Position numbers and translations under genes: made by a program. A stretch of DNA of 64,000 nt from Squalus acanthias (Eukaryota): NCBI GenBank assembly GCA_030390025.1, contig CM059441.1, forward strand, positions 46,376,001-46,440,000, written 5' to 3'. Below the pieces are notes generated by a model. That model was given only the letters and a program-made list of their open reading frames with translations. It was not told the DNA's origin and did no database searches. Positions 48,779-62,916 of the stretch are shown here, in pieces (the first letter of the stretch is position 1; every line of letters starts with the position of its first letter).

Positions 48779-49586
48779 CTATAAAGATCATTAAAGAATT
48801 AACATTAACACAGTATCCTGAAATGTATTTCTATGTCCATACACATAATTTAAGGTCCAAGTAGTAGATTACTAAGTGTACACAAGGTGGTATTTTTCTG
48901 ATCCAGTTGCTCAGTTCAGATTTTTACGTCAACTTTGTGTATGTTGGCTTAAAACATGCAGCATTCTCCCTTTCCATGTTAACTGCATAACAGCATTGAC
49001 AACCAATTTTCCACTGTACAAAAACTTTGACCCAATTCAATGTAAAGACAGTTCATTCAGAAAAGTGGTTTGCAAAATTTGATGAGGATGCATATACCTA
49101 TTCTGGGTCTCTGGCACAGACCACTACATTTCTCCTTTCAAAGTCCAGGGCACGGAGATTGGGGCTAGCAGAAACTCAACTACGATTCTGATAATATAGT
49201 CGAGGCCAAGAACAGAAACCTTTATCATATCATTCAGTGCCAGTACTAAAGCCAGACTATTTACTCAAATCGAAGAACATTTAGAATACCACGTCAATCC
49301 AGTCCTTGAGCTGCTTCTCAAAATAGAAAAGGCAGAGAAATTGAGTGGATAACTTATTTAAGGAAGGACTTGTTTTTGAAGATTCTGATAATTAAAGTTC
49401 AACCGTCCTTACATTTTTTTTATTTTTAAAAAGAGAACCAAGAATCGAATTGAATGCCTCCACTATTCTGCCCCTGTAATTTTAGGCCAGACAAAACACC
49501 AAACCTGTCTTCCTTCCAATGGAGATTTGCCAGCTTTCCAAATATTTCTCACCCAAGGTAATGAATAGTCCGAAGAGGAAACATAC

Positions 49587-49668
49587 CTTCATGGCACAAA
49601 CTACACCTTGACACCGACCCTGTTTCTTCTTCACCAGCACAATGTTGTGAGCATTTACAGCACCAGTA
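49587..49668 (-). CDS. CSDE1: CSDE1 coding exon, 82 nt, TGAVNAHNIVLVKKKQGRCQGVVCAMK
   Basis: cttag|T ... AAG|gtatgt; within ORF 49482..49685. Confidence 0.96.
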
Positions 49669-51779
49669 CTAAGAAACAAAAACATTTGTAGTTAGTGCAA
49701 ATCAGATTACAGTAATTTGTATAACTAAGCTAAAAATTTAGTTCAGAAGCACAAATGCACCAATAAGTAAATGTACAAAAAAGTTAATTATAAAACAGAC
49801 TTTCTACAAGCAACCTGCACTCACTGATGCCAGCTGAACTAATGTGGAAGCATTTCATACAATATTCCATTTGCAGTTATCGAATTTTGTTATATACAGT
49901 CTTTCAAGAGGTTTATTAATACTGCCTTCCTGATTCTTTGAATGTAGTTCAACCTTCACATACAATGGCCCATCATCCAAAAAAAGCAGCAATAGGTCAC
50001 CACCCATTAAGAATTTGGCACCATACAAGCACCATTACAACTATGTGCATTTTGCCATCTCTAGGGCATAAACAAGGTCTCTTTCTGGAATCACACCACA
50101 ACCTTTTTAAAGAAGCAACAGCAGATAGGCCAAGCTGCACATACAAAAAGGAAGTTGCATACCAGATACAGAACCCAAGAAGCTGTACATGTGAAGGCTG
50201 AGCTGCTGTACAAGGATCAGGAATACTATACATTTATAGCGAGACCCTGAGAGTTAATGCAGAGATGAACACAGCAACAACAAAGTCACCTCAACATTGT
50301 TACTCTGCAGACAATAGCAAGATAAACCTTGATTCACAAGACATGTGGTGCACACTCCAAAGTTCCTTGGTGGTTCCTGACCACTTAATGAATGAAATAG
50401 TCTACAACCTATTTAAGCCAATCTCATGAAAAAAAGTGTTACTTATTGCATCACCAAATGAAACTACCCAGACTGGCAACATCTTTGGTTCCAGTTACCT
50501 AGAATGCAAATGCTGTAATCAATTAAATGTATGGGCTCCTTTCAAGGGAGTGTGGCAACAATTTCCTGACAAATGAAATGGTCGCAATATTAAGCACAAA
50601 CTTTAGATTTAGTTTTCTAATGCCATATACTAAACTAAATAAGGTGTGTCTATCAGAATGCTAACCCAAAGTGGCAAAATAAGACAATTAGAAGTATGGC
50701 AAGAGATTTAATATTGCAAGAAGTCATTGGCTCAAGTGTCTAGTATAAATAAACTGTTGCAAAATAAAATTCAAAACTGGCCTACTTTTTAGTTACTAGA
50801 AACTACAGGTTTTGGTAATGCGAATGCTTTATTGACATAGTACCGACGCACATAAAAGTTAGGTGCAAAACCATTTTGTTATGGTGGGACCATTTGGACA
50901 GACTCTGACCTGCGAACATTTTCCTGGGGGAGTGGGGAGAAATTGAACTAACCAGATCATTCAGATCTGGTCACGACTTATAAGCCTGGGTCCACATACT
51001 TTAGGTATACTGGGCCTGAAGGTGGATATCCCATCCTGTGAGCGAGGTGCTAATCACCAGGGTAAGGCAAGGTAGAGTAACTATAATCTATACAGTGCAT
51101 TTGTCTCATGACCATTTTAGTGTAATAGCTGGGGGGGGGGGGTTACCACCATGCTGAATAAAAAAAAATACAAAACAGCAGAGAGGAAAAAATAGTTTCT
51201 CTGTTGAGAATGACTTCTTTAGGCTAGGAATGTAGAAGCTAATTCGAGTGCCTCAACTGCCGTCAGTCACCCTCCACCTACCTGAAACCCAGGAGCATTC
51301 CTCTGTAATGAAACAAGACTCCTATCAAAGAGCTGCCCTCCTTCAGTGCATCTGATATGCATGCTATGACAACCCAAAGAAGCACAGTGAGCCACTGAAA
51401 CTACCAAGGCTCCAGGTTATCTTGCTAGAATCCCCTTTGTTGAAAGAGATCATAATTGTGCTGTAGAACACACGTGCCTCAAACTGAATCCTATTAACCA
51501 GCCTCAGAATGGCTATTTAAAGGCAAGTCGTCAGTTGCTGTCACTGTTCTCCAAGACCAGTGCCATCCTTCACTTTGCCTAGAGCAGTCTTTAGGAATTT
51601 GATATGGATAATGTCCACACTTAATTAGGCAATAGAGCAGTCCACTTTCTCCCATAAAACTAATTTATTAAGGCCTTCAAACTGTACAACACACCAACAG
51701 CTTATCCAACCTCCATGCAGCAGGATCCTTATTACAGACTTTTTGAGTTAGACATCAATTCAATACAATTTTTAAATAG

Positions 51780-54080
51780 ATAGCGGACACCTGGGCAAGC
51801 TGCTCACTACGGAGTTCCTTCCTCTGCAACTCTTGCCATCCACTGCCCCTTGCCCCCAGTCTCCTCTCCCTCAGTGCTCATGATCCACTGTTCTTAATAG
51901 CTGGTACATTTTAGCCTAATCTACAAGTCCAAGCAACCCACTCCACAGCATGCTGCTCACCCTCGTCCTGCACTTCAACTGGTTGCTTGTGGACTTTACG
52001 GTCACCAGGACTATGCAGCTCTGCTGGACCACCCTAGACTCCTTGGATTGTGACTCTGCTTTGCTGCATAAAAATACTGTTAAAGCCAGCAGTTCCAGAC
52101 CACAGTACCCACCCCACATCTTGCAGCTTTGTCCTTCACATTGATGCTTCTTTGACCTCGAGTCTTTGTTCACACCCGATCTCTTTAACCTCCCTGCTAC
52201 AAGGAGTCTGCTGTTCCACCAGGATCACCCAGATGCCCCTCCATAAAAGGTACCCCCTTTATCCAAGAACATTTCCTGGGGTCAATTTGACTGGCTTCTG
52301 GGCTTTGGTTAGAAGTCTGCTGGACCCAGAGCTGAACTCCACTATTCCTGCTGGCTTCTGGGCTTTAAATGCTCCTGGTCTTCTGCTGAGACTACATTCG
52401 CCAACAGACTGTTTCTACATCAAATACCACGACTGGCCTCCAGAAGCTCAGTTTCTGTTCCTCCACTGGGACACCACCCATTGCTGCTCTGGCCCTGATC
52501 CGTTCCTGCTTTTCAGGACAATTGTGCTAAACAATGTTCACTCTGCTGCAGATGCTGCCTTTTCCCACTGCCACTTCTCTATCGCTTCTTGCTGGACTGA
52601 ATTTGGACCAGATCCTCATCCTGGATGTTCTTTTCTACTCAATCTTCATATTTGCTGGTCTCTTAGATTTATTTTTCGCCCTCCCCACCTCCCCAGTCTG
52701 CATGCTCAGTTCCTAGCTTTCACTCCCACTGCTTCTCTGGCTTCCACCATTAGCACCTGAAGCCATGACACTTCTGCTGGACCCTTGGATCAGCCTCTAC
52801 TGGCTCCTGGTTAACTCTCTTACTCCTCTTTCAACAGCAACAACTTGCACATATATAGCACCTTTAAATATAGAAATCTTTGAAACCTCCAACTTAGCTG
52901 ATATTCTGCTTCTCGATCTGTTCTTGAGTCCATTTTCTCTCAGACTTTGAATCTGAACCTCTATCATTGAACGGTGGCTGCTCCCAACTCCCCATTCCAC
53001 CTACAGGTGGACTTAATGCCACTGCAGCTTCCTGTCCCCCAGACTTCAATTCTGGACTGATTCATATTCTCTCCACCCTGTTCAATTCTGAACTGCTACC
53101 CATTTTGTCTAGTTTCCACCATGTCTTTAAAATTCCCCTTTGGTCCATTCACATGCACACCTTGGCCGTCACTCCAGCCCACTATTTCTAGTTCCATTTT
53201 TTTTTTTTTAGACCCCTCTCCTCATCTTCCTCTCACCCAGCCATGCCACCTTTCATCTCCTCCTCCACCCAGCCCCCAGTATTTTACCCTTCCAATCCTT
53301 TACCCCCACTGATCACTACTCTGCAGCCCTTCCAATCCTTTACCCCCACCGATCACTACTCTGCAGCCCATCTTCTCTCCTGCTGCTATCCAAGGCCTGA
53401 ATCCTCTTGAATTAGCCCCAGGATACCCGTGCCCCTCTCGGAAATCTCCGACAGACCCAACTTGGGACCCACCACTGCCTCTTAGTGCAACAATTCCAAG
53501 TGCCCAGTCCTTTGCTCTCTGGCCATCTCTCCTCCTCACTGGTCAACCACTCCAACACTCCTCTCAATCCCTCAGCACACAGTAACGACCCCATCGTATT
53601 TGCCTCCACAATGTTTGCTTACTGTGAACAAGCCCCTTGCCAACTACGGTCTGAATTATTTTAAACTGCCATCCTGGCACTGAAACATAGCTCATGGGCT
53701 TCCCCCAACAGAAGTCCCCAACTCAGCAGGTTCCATTTGTTGTCACTGGTACTGCTCAAAACTGCCATGGAAACAGCACAATTCTTACCTGCAAGTCACA
53801 CCCTGGCCTCACCCTCTATTCATCTGGCACATCCCTCACACCTTTTATTTAAGATAATCATTTACCACCCACTCAAGTTTCATGCTCTTCCATTCCTTTA
53901 GTTGCTGCATCGAGCACCTCCTTATCCTCAGATTTCAATTTGCACCTCAACTCCCTAGCCCCCTCTTCGCTGAATTCATCTCTCATGCTCCTTCATTTTC
54001 ACCCTTCATATAACCTTCCCTACCAATGTCCTCAGCTCACCCCCTTGATCTCACCGCCATCTATATCTGCACACACTTCC
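51780..54080 (+). mobile_element. Decayed L2/CR1-clade LINE 5' region including AP-endonuclease remnant
   Basis: Pyrimidine-rich; ctccttatcctcagatttcaatttgcacctcaac (~53918-53951) resembles LLILGDFNLHLN; boundaries approximate. Confidence 0.55.
53287..53369. repeat. 40-bp tandem duplication
   Basis: cccttccaatcctttacccccac.gatcactactctgcag occurs twice. Confidence 0.9.
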
Positions 54081-55286
54081 AACAGGTCATTAGAAAAGCA
54101 GTCAGCAACGGAAGCCCTGGCAGAGCCAGCTGCAACAGCTCTACAGACATCCTGATTGAGATCAGCTAACTTGAGCACAGACCAGATAATCAAACTAGAG
54201 ATCTTCCAGGTCTGTGTGGCTCAGCTATGCATTGGATAAACTCCAGGCCATTGGATTTTCAGTTTTTGTGGACCCTCAGGGATATCATCTCCTTGGCCCA
54301 AGAAGTTGACTTTGAAGAGAAAATTGGTAACTTCTGACTGGTCACTTCAGTGAATTTGGCTCTTCAAAATGCAATTCCACCACAATCTGCTCTAATTATT
54401 TTCTGCTTTTAAAAAGAAACTAATTTTGATAAAGGCCACATCATGATCAGATGGCAAACCTATACAGGAGTCAGAAGAGGCACTCCAAGAAATCTTCATT
54501 ACTTTAAATGTTGGGGAATTGATTTTCCTGTCAAATAATTTTTTTTTTTTTTTTTAAAACACAAACTTGTGTTACAGTGCGGAAATGGAGTACCACCTAA
54601 CTAGTGACAAACTAGCTGAAGTGCCTTCATGTGGAAAGGGCCGATTGCATGCGCAAGTGTCCAAAATATTACCAATTCTGGCAATACTTATTTAACAGCA
54701 ACAGCATCTTCATCTCCACATACTTCTCTTGACAATTTTCACTTATTGGCAGAGAGTTTTTAATGTTACAATTATCTCCTTTTTCTCCTCCTTCCCACTA
54801 CAACTTTAAATCCATCCTCTCCCATAAACTGATTCATTTTTAAACTATGGCAATAAATGGATGTCATAAAAAACTAAGATTTCTAAAAAATCTTAGAATT
54901 TTGTAGTTAAATAATTAAAATTCTCTATTTGACTGCCAATGTAATTTCCATAGCAGACTGATTAATAAGTATTTTCTGTTCATGTTACCGCACAGAAGGA
55001 TTATAGAAAATTATTCCAATCTTTTAGATACTTCTGGCAAGGTAAATTTTGTTGGTGTGCTACAGCATAAATGCTTGGTCCCTCATTTAAGCAAGCAATT
55101 CAATTACTAAACTAGTAAGTACATTCATGAAAATACACATGCCATCTATTCAGGATATTAATAGCTTCATCAGGGCTTAGGACTTCAACATTTTGTTGCT
55201 GTTTTGCTGGAATTTATCATCAAGCAACATGGTCCAATCACAAAAAGTATACCAAGATTTTAATAAACCAAGGTGGCCATACATAC

Positions 55287-55384
55287 TGTTTATTGGTTTC
55301 CATGGAAAAAGAAACTTTATCTCCTGTTTCAAGTTGGACATTTCCATCAACATCTTCAGGTGTGTATGTCAGATAAAATACTTC
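55287..55384 (-). CDS. CSDE1: CSDE1 coding exon, 98 nt, EVFYLTYTPEDVDGNVQLETGDKVSFSMETNK(H)
   Basis: gtttag|GAA ... ACA|gtatgt; absent from the ORF track, translated by hand. Confidence 0.95.
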
Positions 55385-56274
55385 CTAAACCACCAAAAAG
55401 TAATCAGTTAGCTTTTAAATGAAGTGCACGTTCCTTAGTACAATTATGTACAGTAAATTAAAAACTTCCTTTAGCTTAAATGTTTGTGTATGTGATAATG
55501 TACCACCAGCTTCCTGCTAAAACGGTCAAGATAGAGAAAAGCACTTAAATGCCAAGTTTCTAAGAGGATTTATATAACTTGTAGCTATTTGCCATTAGCG
55601 CTATTCAGCTAGTTGTAATACAACACCATTACAATTGAAGACACTGATATACAGCCCTAATTATTCAGACTTTAGCCTATATTAAGAGGCTGCCTGTTTA
55701 AAGATGGTTGCTATAAACAGCCTAGAAGACAAAATTTTGCTGGCCCTACAGTACCAAATTAGCAGATAGATAGTGGTACATACAGTTACGGTCTGGAAAA
55801 TCTGAAAACTCAAACATGCAGGCAAAAAACTAGATAGCAATTTTAAAAAGGTTAACAAATGTTAAAACAGTAACATAAAAATACCAATTACAGGTGCACA
55901 AGACCTGCTGCACAGATTATACTTCAAACATCTGGCCCATCATTTTTTTTAAATTTAAAAACCCCAATTTTTTTTTGTTGAGAATTTCTCCGTGAAACAG
56001 TGCGACATTTCTCTATAACTAGCCAGTGGGAAAAATGCACTGCTGATGAAAGTTAATTTTCAGGAGGGAATCTACTTTCCCTTAATTTATTGCCATCAGT
56101 TGGCAACAGCTCAGATTGGAACACTGTGCATTGGGGATTTCAAGTACAAGCTAATAACTTTCTAAAGTATTTACTCAAAGTTATCTTTTTCACCAATTCC
56201 ATTTAAAATCTAACAGTTTACACATGGCTCATGGTGGCAAGAGTGTTGTCAATCTTACTCAAATGCAGGGAATA

Positions 56275-56510
56275 TCAGCTGAGCCCAATCCTGCCCTCAC
56301 CCAATGTTTATGCAGATGCATTCTAGTCCTGGACAATCAGAAGGAACCTGGATCAATTCCCCCCAAACCCAGGGCCATTGAAGTCAATTCCAGCACCACT
56401 ACTGGTGTCCAGCTAAGATCAGTTAATTCAGCACTGGTCACAGATCAAACCTCACACTTTTCTAGTCTCTATAGCTCAGCTATTCAATTGATAAACAACC
56501 ATTGGGGATG
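56275..56510 (-). mobile_element. Old tRNA-derived SINE
   Basis: Reverse homolog of 8190-8480 and similar to 54150-54256 (gagatcagctaac..gtctgtgtggctcag). Confidence 0.6.
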
Positions 56511-59500
56511 CCTAGAATGCTAGGCATGCAGCAATTATCGCTTCTTTCAAGTACAATAGAAGAATCGCTATAAATATTCTTCCTTCCTAATTTTTCATAC
56601 CCATTGAACCAAGTACTATCCATACCATCTGACTAAGCAGTCAACGTGCTTGAATGCCACTCTTGAACCAGCCACTAGAACATTTTTACATTCCCTCACC
56701 ACCTTCTATGCCACCTCCACCAAAGCAGCACAGCAGAGATCAAGAAGTTAGTATGTGGAGATTAAGAGGGGGCAAGAAAGAAGAGACGCAAACATTTATA
56801 GGCCAATTACATAGTTTGCATCAATGTAAACTATGCAGTGCAATTCAGATGGGAAGTCACCCAATAAATAGTCTCAACACTTAAGATGGTGTGAAGCAAA
56901 GTTTAACAAATTACCAGAAGGTCCACTGGAGTACTTGAAACATTTTGAACTTAATTTTTGTTTATTAACAGACAATAATAAAATTAAGCAGAATTTGGAT
57001 GTAAATGCAAAGTTCCCATTTTCCCTAATCACAGCACTAAAAAGAGGCAGCAGGATAGGTCTGCCAGTCTTTTGCTGTAAACAGGTACTAGCCTCGAACT
57101 GGTACACATAGTAAGACACTTAAAACAAATGGAGTGGGTTTGATGAGGGTAAATGGGTTGGATGACACGGTTCCACCGTCAACGAAAAAGGTATCTGATT
57201 TTCCCCACTCAAAACCATCCAAATCTATCTGTAAATTCTTGCATCTTGGTGGGTAAAGAAAAAAAGTTAGCTGCGTAGAAATGGACATTAACCACATGCT
57301 CAACATATTATTACACAGATTTATAAAGTGTTATAAAATTCCTCAAAAGGTCAGTCTCCCATATACACTTGGGTTTAGCTCTAAACGTGCCAATTAAATG
57401 TTTTACATACTCGGGTAGGTAACTGCTTCCCTTATAATAACATGCTTCAATGGCAACCCAGTATTGGGAGGAAAATTAATTCAGCTAAGAGGGGAGAAGG
57501 GCAAGATAGCATATGGTAGACATTTTAAAGAAACAGAATTACTGCGGTAACATTTCTTTGAGAAAGGCTTGGTGCTTGAGAGTTCCAAAGCAATACCCAG
57601 ATAAGAAGAAAAACTATAAAAACAGACGCCAAGTAGCCCAGTGGCTCAGGGTATTGGCAGAATGCAATTCCCCACAATAATCTCTGGGAAGGGTATAGAT
57701 ACAGGACAAATGAAAATATTCAAAGGGCAGATGCATTTGCACCACTCAATTGAGTGACCAATTTAATAGCATTACATTTACAGAAGGTCTAGGAACAGGT
57801 CACCTATCCACCTGGGTGAAGAAATGGTGTAAGAAATAGAGGTAGGAGATTGAGGCCAGCTGCCAAGATTCCTTTTTTCCCATAGTTTGTCCAACCAAAC
57901 TAAGTAGTGCTCCTTAGTCTGGGTATGAGAGGAGCAGCTCCAAAAGCGGTCAGAAATGATGCAGCCCTCAGCTGGGAAGATATTTAACTAGAATACAGCA
58001 CTTCCTACTGGCGAGGGGAGCTCAATCTACAGACCCACAAACAAGGTAAAGTAACAAAACACCTCTTCCTTTAAAAAAAAGGGGCCAAAAATGGTCCAGT
58101 TTAGCCCACATAGTTCAATAAAAGCAAGCTGCCTTGCAACAATCCATTTTTTTTCTATGATTGTTTCCAGGAAAGCCTCAGGTGGATGAAAGTAGTGCCT
58201 CTACAGAGCAAGACTGGTTTAATAGAACTTTGAGCCTACCCTAGGTAAAGGCTCAAAGTCTTCTACAAGGCTGCATTCTGTATGCAGAAATAACTGCAAC
58301 AATAAAGGGCAGCTTTCTATAGCATTTCAACACCATAAGCTGGGTACCAATAAGCATGGAAAGGACCTTTCAAATCCCACCATAGAAGAACTCCATTTAT
58401 AAGCCAAGACGCCTTTCAAGGGGTATACCAGGATTCTCGCTCTGCCCTTCTTCCACCCCCTTCCCCAACAGAAGACAAGAGTAAGATAACCTTAGGTCTT
58501 CCTTCAATGTTGTCACAAAGATCTAAACAGCCAACATATGCACCCTATTAGAACGAATAGGTTTCAAGACGTCAAAGACAAACAGGACAAGAAAACTTAC
58601 AATCCATTTTCTTTGGCGCTTACCTAAACAAATAATTAAATGGTTCCATCAAAAAAAACGTACACAAAAAATAGGTCTATAACTAATGTTACCCAAACAC
58701 ATTTTCTTTTAAATAAACAAAAAATATATTCAGTCTTAATTTTATATAGATCAGGATGCTAGGACTGTTGGAATTTTAGACAAATTGAGAAGTAATTCAG
58801 GAGAAGGCTGTAGCAACACTGAATGAACTGACACCAGAGACCACACTAAAATGCTCAACATTCTAGTCCTAATGGTCACTGCCATTACACTGAAGCGCCA
58901 ATGTACATTGAGGCGAGGGTGGTGCAGCACTATTTCTCTACTCTGATAACTTCCAAATCTCTACCACATTGTTATGGGAGGTACTGAGTGGAGACCAGGA
59001 ACTTCTCCACAAGAGACAAAAATAAGCTGCTTTCACACATTGTCCCCAGCCATTTAGAAACAACAGCAGGAAGCAGTTCATCCACAGGATGTTACAGGTC
59101 ATGCAAGGTCAAGGCTTGGGGATGGGTAGGAATATAAAGGATGAATAACCCTTAAAGTATCTCCATGAACAAACTAAAGTAAAACATTAACTGTGCACAA
59201 TGCTTTTAGAGTACAAACCCAACTTTGTTTTATCCCTACCCCACTCCCCAAAGTTTCCCCAAGGGCTAGGCCAACTGCAGACAACTGACTTCCAGATTAA
59301 TGTTCTACCACTCTGAATCAACTGCACAGTAGTGAAGTGATACTCTGGCATTTTCCCCACCCCCACTTCTACAAGGAAACACCTAGTTTCTTCTCCATAC
59401 CCTCCCCACAGCAAAAAGCTGAATGCAGAACTCGTGCTGTGTGGAATTATGGGTATAAATGCATCCTACACTAATATTCCAACATGCTGCATCACCACAC

Positions 59501-62500
59501 TGCTTCCGTGCACAATGCTTTTTGATTTCCACTAAAAAACAAATGGACCCCAACCTCTCGGGCAGTACTGTGCCTGAATTTACAATTCACTGCAAAGAAT
59601 CCAAAAGTAGGATATTCCACTGTGTTGGTAAATATTGTCTTGGTGCCATTAGGCAGACAAGAGCTGGCTGACCACACAGACAAATGAAGTGCAGAACCAA
59701 CCCAATTGCCTTCAACTCTAATCGATTTATTGCTATGCTACTGAAAGCTCCAACTTGAAGCATGCTTAAATACCTTCTCAATCAAGTACATGCTGCAACT
59801 GGAAAATTGATGTTACTGAGAGACAGCATAGAACCCCGTCTACCCTCAAAGTAACCTGTCTACAAACACCTTTCAGGGGACTGCAATACTAAACAACTAC
59901 TAAATATAAATGTCATATCACTTTTAGCAACATAGCCAACCTGACAAAGGTTCTGGGCCAGTGACTGGCATCAAATTCCCCTCCAATTGGGAGATGGCAT
60001 TTTACATTTAGTCTCATTGTTACAGTCCCCAATATACGCCACGTCTGAAGCATGCGGAGTTAGTTATAAAGCAGGAAAGAAACTGGGTCCTGAACTCCAT
60101 TACCAATATGGAGATCAGTCAATGCCCTATATCTGTGAATTGGGTGGCCATTGTAACCTGCTGCACAAACTCACTAGCTGTGTCTGGCCATTATGGCACA
60201 TCCTCAATTCTACCTCCATCATTGACAGGATTAGGAACAGGTCATACTCTAGTCTGAAGATACTGTAGTGGGCAAATATCGGGCATCTGTTCTAGAATGC
60301 AGAGATTGAACAGACTCAGCCTTTTTCCAAATGGACTTGTCCAACAGAGTCCTCAATAAAAGGAGCAAATCCCAAGGATTTTGACCAAATTTGTACTCCT
60401 CAATGTTTCATCACGGAAACAGGCAGTTAACTCTCTCACGATAGTCCAAGAAATGAACAAAGGAAATGCTGCCTCAACAATCGCAATCTAATGAAGTCCT
60501 CCCCTTAAAAAGGGGTTTCCACTCGTTCACTCCTCTCAAACACATCATAAAGTGCAGTATAATCTATCAAAGGGCACCCAAGAAATTTGTAGTTGGAAAT
60601 TTTAAAATTGGTACTTGGCAAAGAACGGAAATTTCACAAAAACACCATGGAGGTGAAATTTAAAACGAAGGAAAAAAACAAAACTGAATGTGATGCTGTC
60701 GGCAGGTGATTTATTTACAGGAATAGCATCACATGGTTACTCTATGCAGGGCATAATCATACTTCGAAAAGGGATGGATTTAAAAAGGTATGCCGTAGTG
60801 AATTCACTCATGGGATTGCTGGACTTTTTCATGGTATGTGGAGGATAATGCAGAAAAGAAATTATTCCAGGAAAATGCCAAAGCATTCAAGGAGAAACAG
60901 CAAATCCCTATTACCAAAATTTCAAGGCAGCCAATTTTGCCCTTGTTGCAAAATGACAGCAAAATAACTCCAGCAGTTGAACAGCCAATATTCAGCTCGC
61001 TGAAGTCCAGTAAGTTGCCCATTTCTACCACGTAACTGGCCAGGAATCTTTGATGGGTCTAATACCAAATCCTGAAGCACAAAAAACAGGCAACACCAAT
61101 TGCAGTTACTTCCCTATACAGTTTCAGGTAATAAGTGTGGAGTCAATACAATATGGTTTCAGAAACCTCTTCCCTGACTAAATTAAAGTTATTCATGTTG
61201 CTGAAATTTATCAGCTTGTAGTTAGTTAAGGTTATATCCATTTACTTATCTCATGTCCAACTTGGAATCACAGTGGCCCACGTGTCAAAACTTCTTTTGT
61301 TAAGATGAGTTATTAGATGTGGAGAATTCGCAATTACTTTTTAAAGAGAGGTTCTCCACAAAACAATCCACGAAAGTAATATCCTTGTGGGGGGGGAAAA
61401 AAAAATCCTTCCTCTGGCAAAGAAACCAATTCATCGCTTGCTGTGGAAATCAACCACAATATAAAAAGGAAGTCCTGTGATGAGCAAGTGTGGAATTCAA
61501 AGTTTCAGAAATCCCATTTTCTACAATAGGGATACTGCCGTACGTTGAAACGCTAAAGCATTTTTACATAACGCATTGCTGCTGACGTTTTTGTTCAAGT
61601 TAGTCACTGCACAAGAGACCAACCTCTTTAGTTGAGATGGGTGCAGGCAATACACTGATCTACAGCAGACACAATCTTGGAATCATGTGTAAAAACAAGC
61701 CAACATCACTAAAACGCACTTTACAATTACCGTGGCTACCTCCGATAACCAGAACAAGAGAACTTTGCATCAGATACTCAATCCTTAGATTAGAACAAGG
61801 CAAATGAAGGTGTTCCAAGAGGATCAGGATTGGAAGTATACAGATTTAAGGTTTATAGAAGCCAACCATTCACACTGAACAACTGGCAATCTTTTCCAAG
61901 TACATAATTTTGATCTGTTTTCCCACTGGAAGCCCTTCCAAATGAGTTGACAGCAGATTCTTCCCACCATTTATGCTCCTAAAATCAGACAACAGGGGTT
62001 AAAGTGGAATTGTCCTCAGCCATAGAAGGTCTGCTCCTTGAAACCTTTCTATTGCTTAGAGAAAAATGTAAAGTTTTGCCATAGCTTTGTCCTGTGTACT
62101 TCTCTCCAAGGACAGCTTAGGCCAGAAAATCTGTCCAATAACCCAAGGCAGGAGCCATCTCAGCACAAAAGAATGGAACACAAGCCCTAGTGATAATAGC
62201 ATCACATGCTGTCAGATCATGCATCTTCTTTCACACAAGGGTCAGGTGTCATCAGCCATGTGCATCTCTGGTATCCAGGAATTCTTATGTCCATTTTGAC
62301 CCTCTATGTACTGCATATTTGCATAAACAAATACCTTTCCCTTAAACCAATACAGGGTGATATCTTGGAGCTTGTTGATGAGGCTCCATCTGCAGGTAAA
62401 GATGCTGAAATCAATGTTCGTAAGGTTCTGTAAGGATCCAGTTTTTTTTCCAGGGACTGAAACAAGCATTTGCATTAAACTACAAAAGGTGGCAAATCTT

Positions 62501-62916
62501 CCAACTGTATTAAAGATCATGCACAGCACACACTGAAGGAATGTAGCTTGGAGCCACACAGTTTCTGCAGTGGTAGAACCTGGTTGATACCTCAAAGCCA
62601 CATTTGGACATTTCCATGCTTTTGCCAAACAAAATGGATCTTTTTGCTTCATTATGTACATTGTGAAACTACAGTCTTTAAAAAACAAAGTTTAGAAAAA
62701 GCTAAACTACTTATAATTAAACAAAGTTTACCCCACACAGGAGTGTTTTACAATGACCTTTCTTCAAACACTACCCAACTGACAAAGAGGCCAAAATTAG
62801 CACTCAGCAAAGCTAAGAGTAAAAGGACCAAGGTTAATGGGGTATGGAATTTAATTTGGGGTGGGAGGTTACCCACAACATAGGAGCCATCTAATTTAAA
62901 ACAATCTGGCTGACGT

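Noticed and set aside
52050-52760. 236-aa plus-strand ORF
   Set aside because: No recognisable domain; lies in a pyrimidine-rich decayed LINE-like region where stops are rare.
61476-61590. GTGATGA ... CTGA resembling a C/D snoRNA
   Set aside because: On the plus strand, antisense to the host pre-mRNA, with no terminal stem or recognisable guide.
62200-62265. Minus-strand CUGAUGA...GAAA and CUGA boxes with a CACAUG/CAUGUG terminal stem (hammerhead or C/D snoRNA?)
   Set aside because: As a hammerhead, stem II closes with a mismatch and there is no NUH triplet in register. As a snoRNA, the C-to-D span is only ~44 nt and I found no convincing rRNA guide. An Rfam or snoscan search would settle it.
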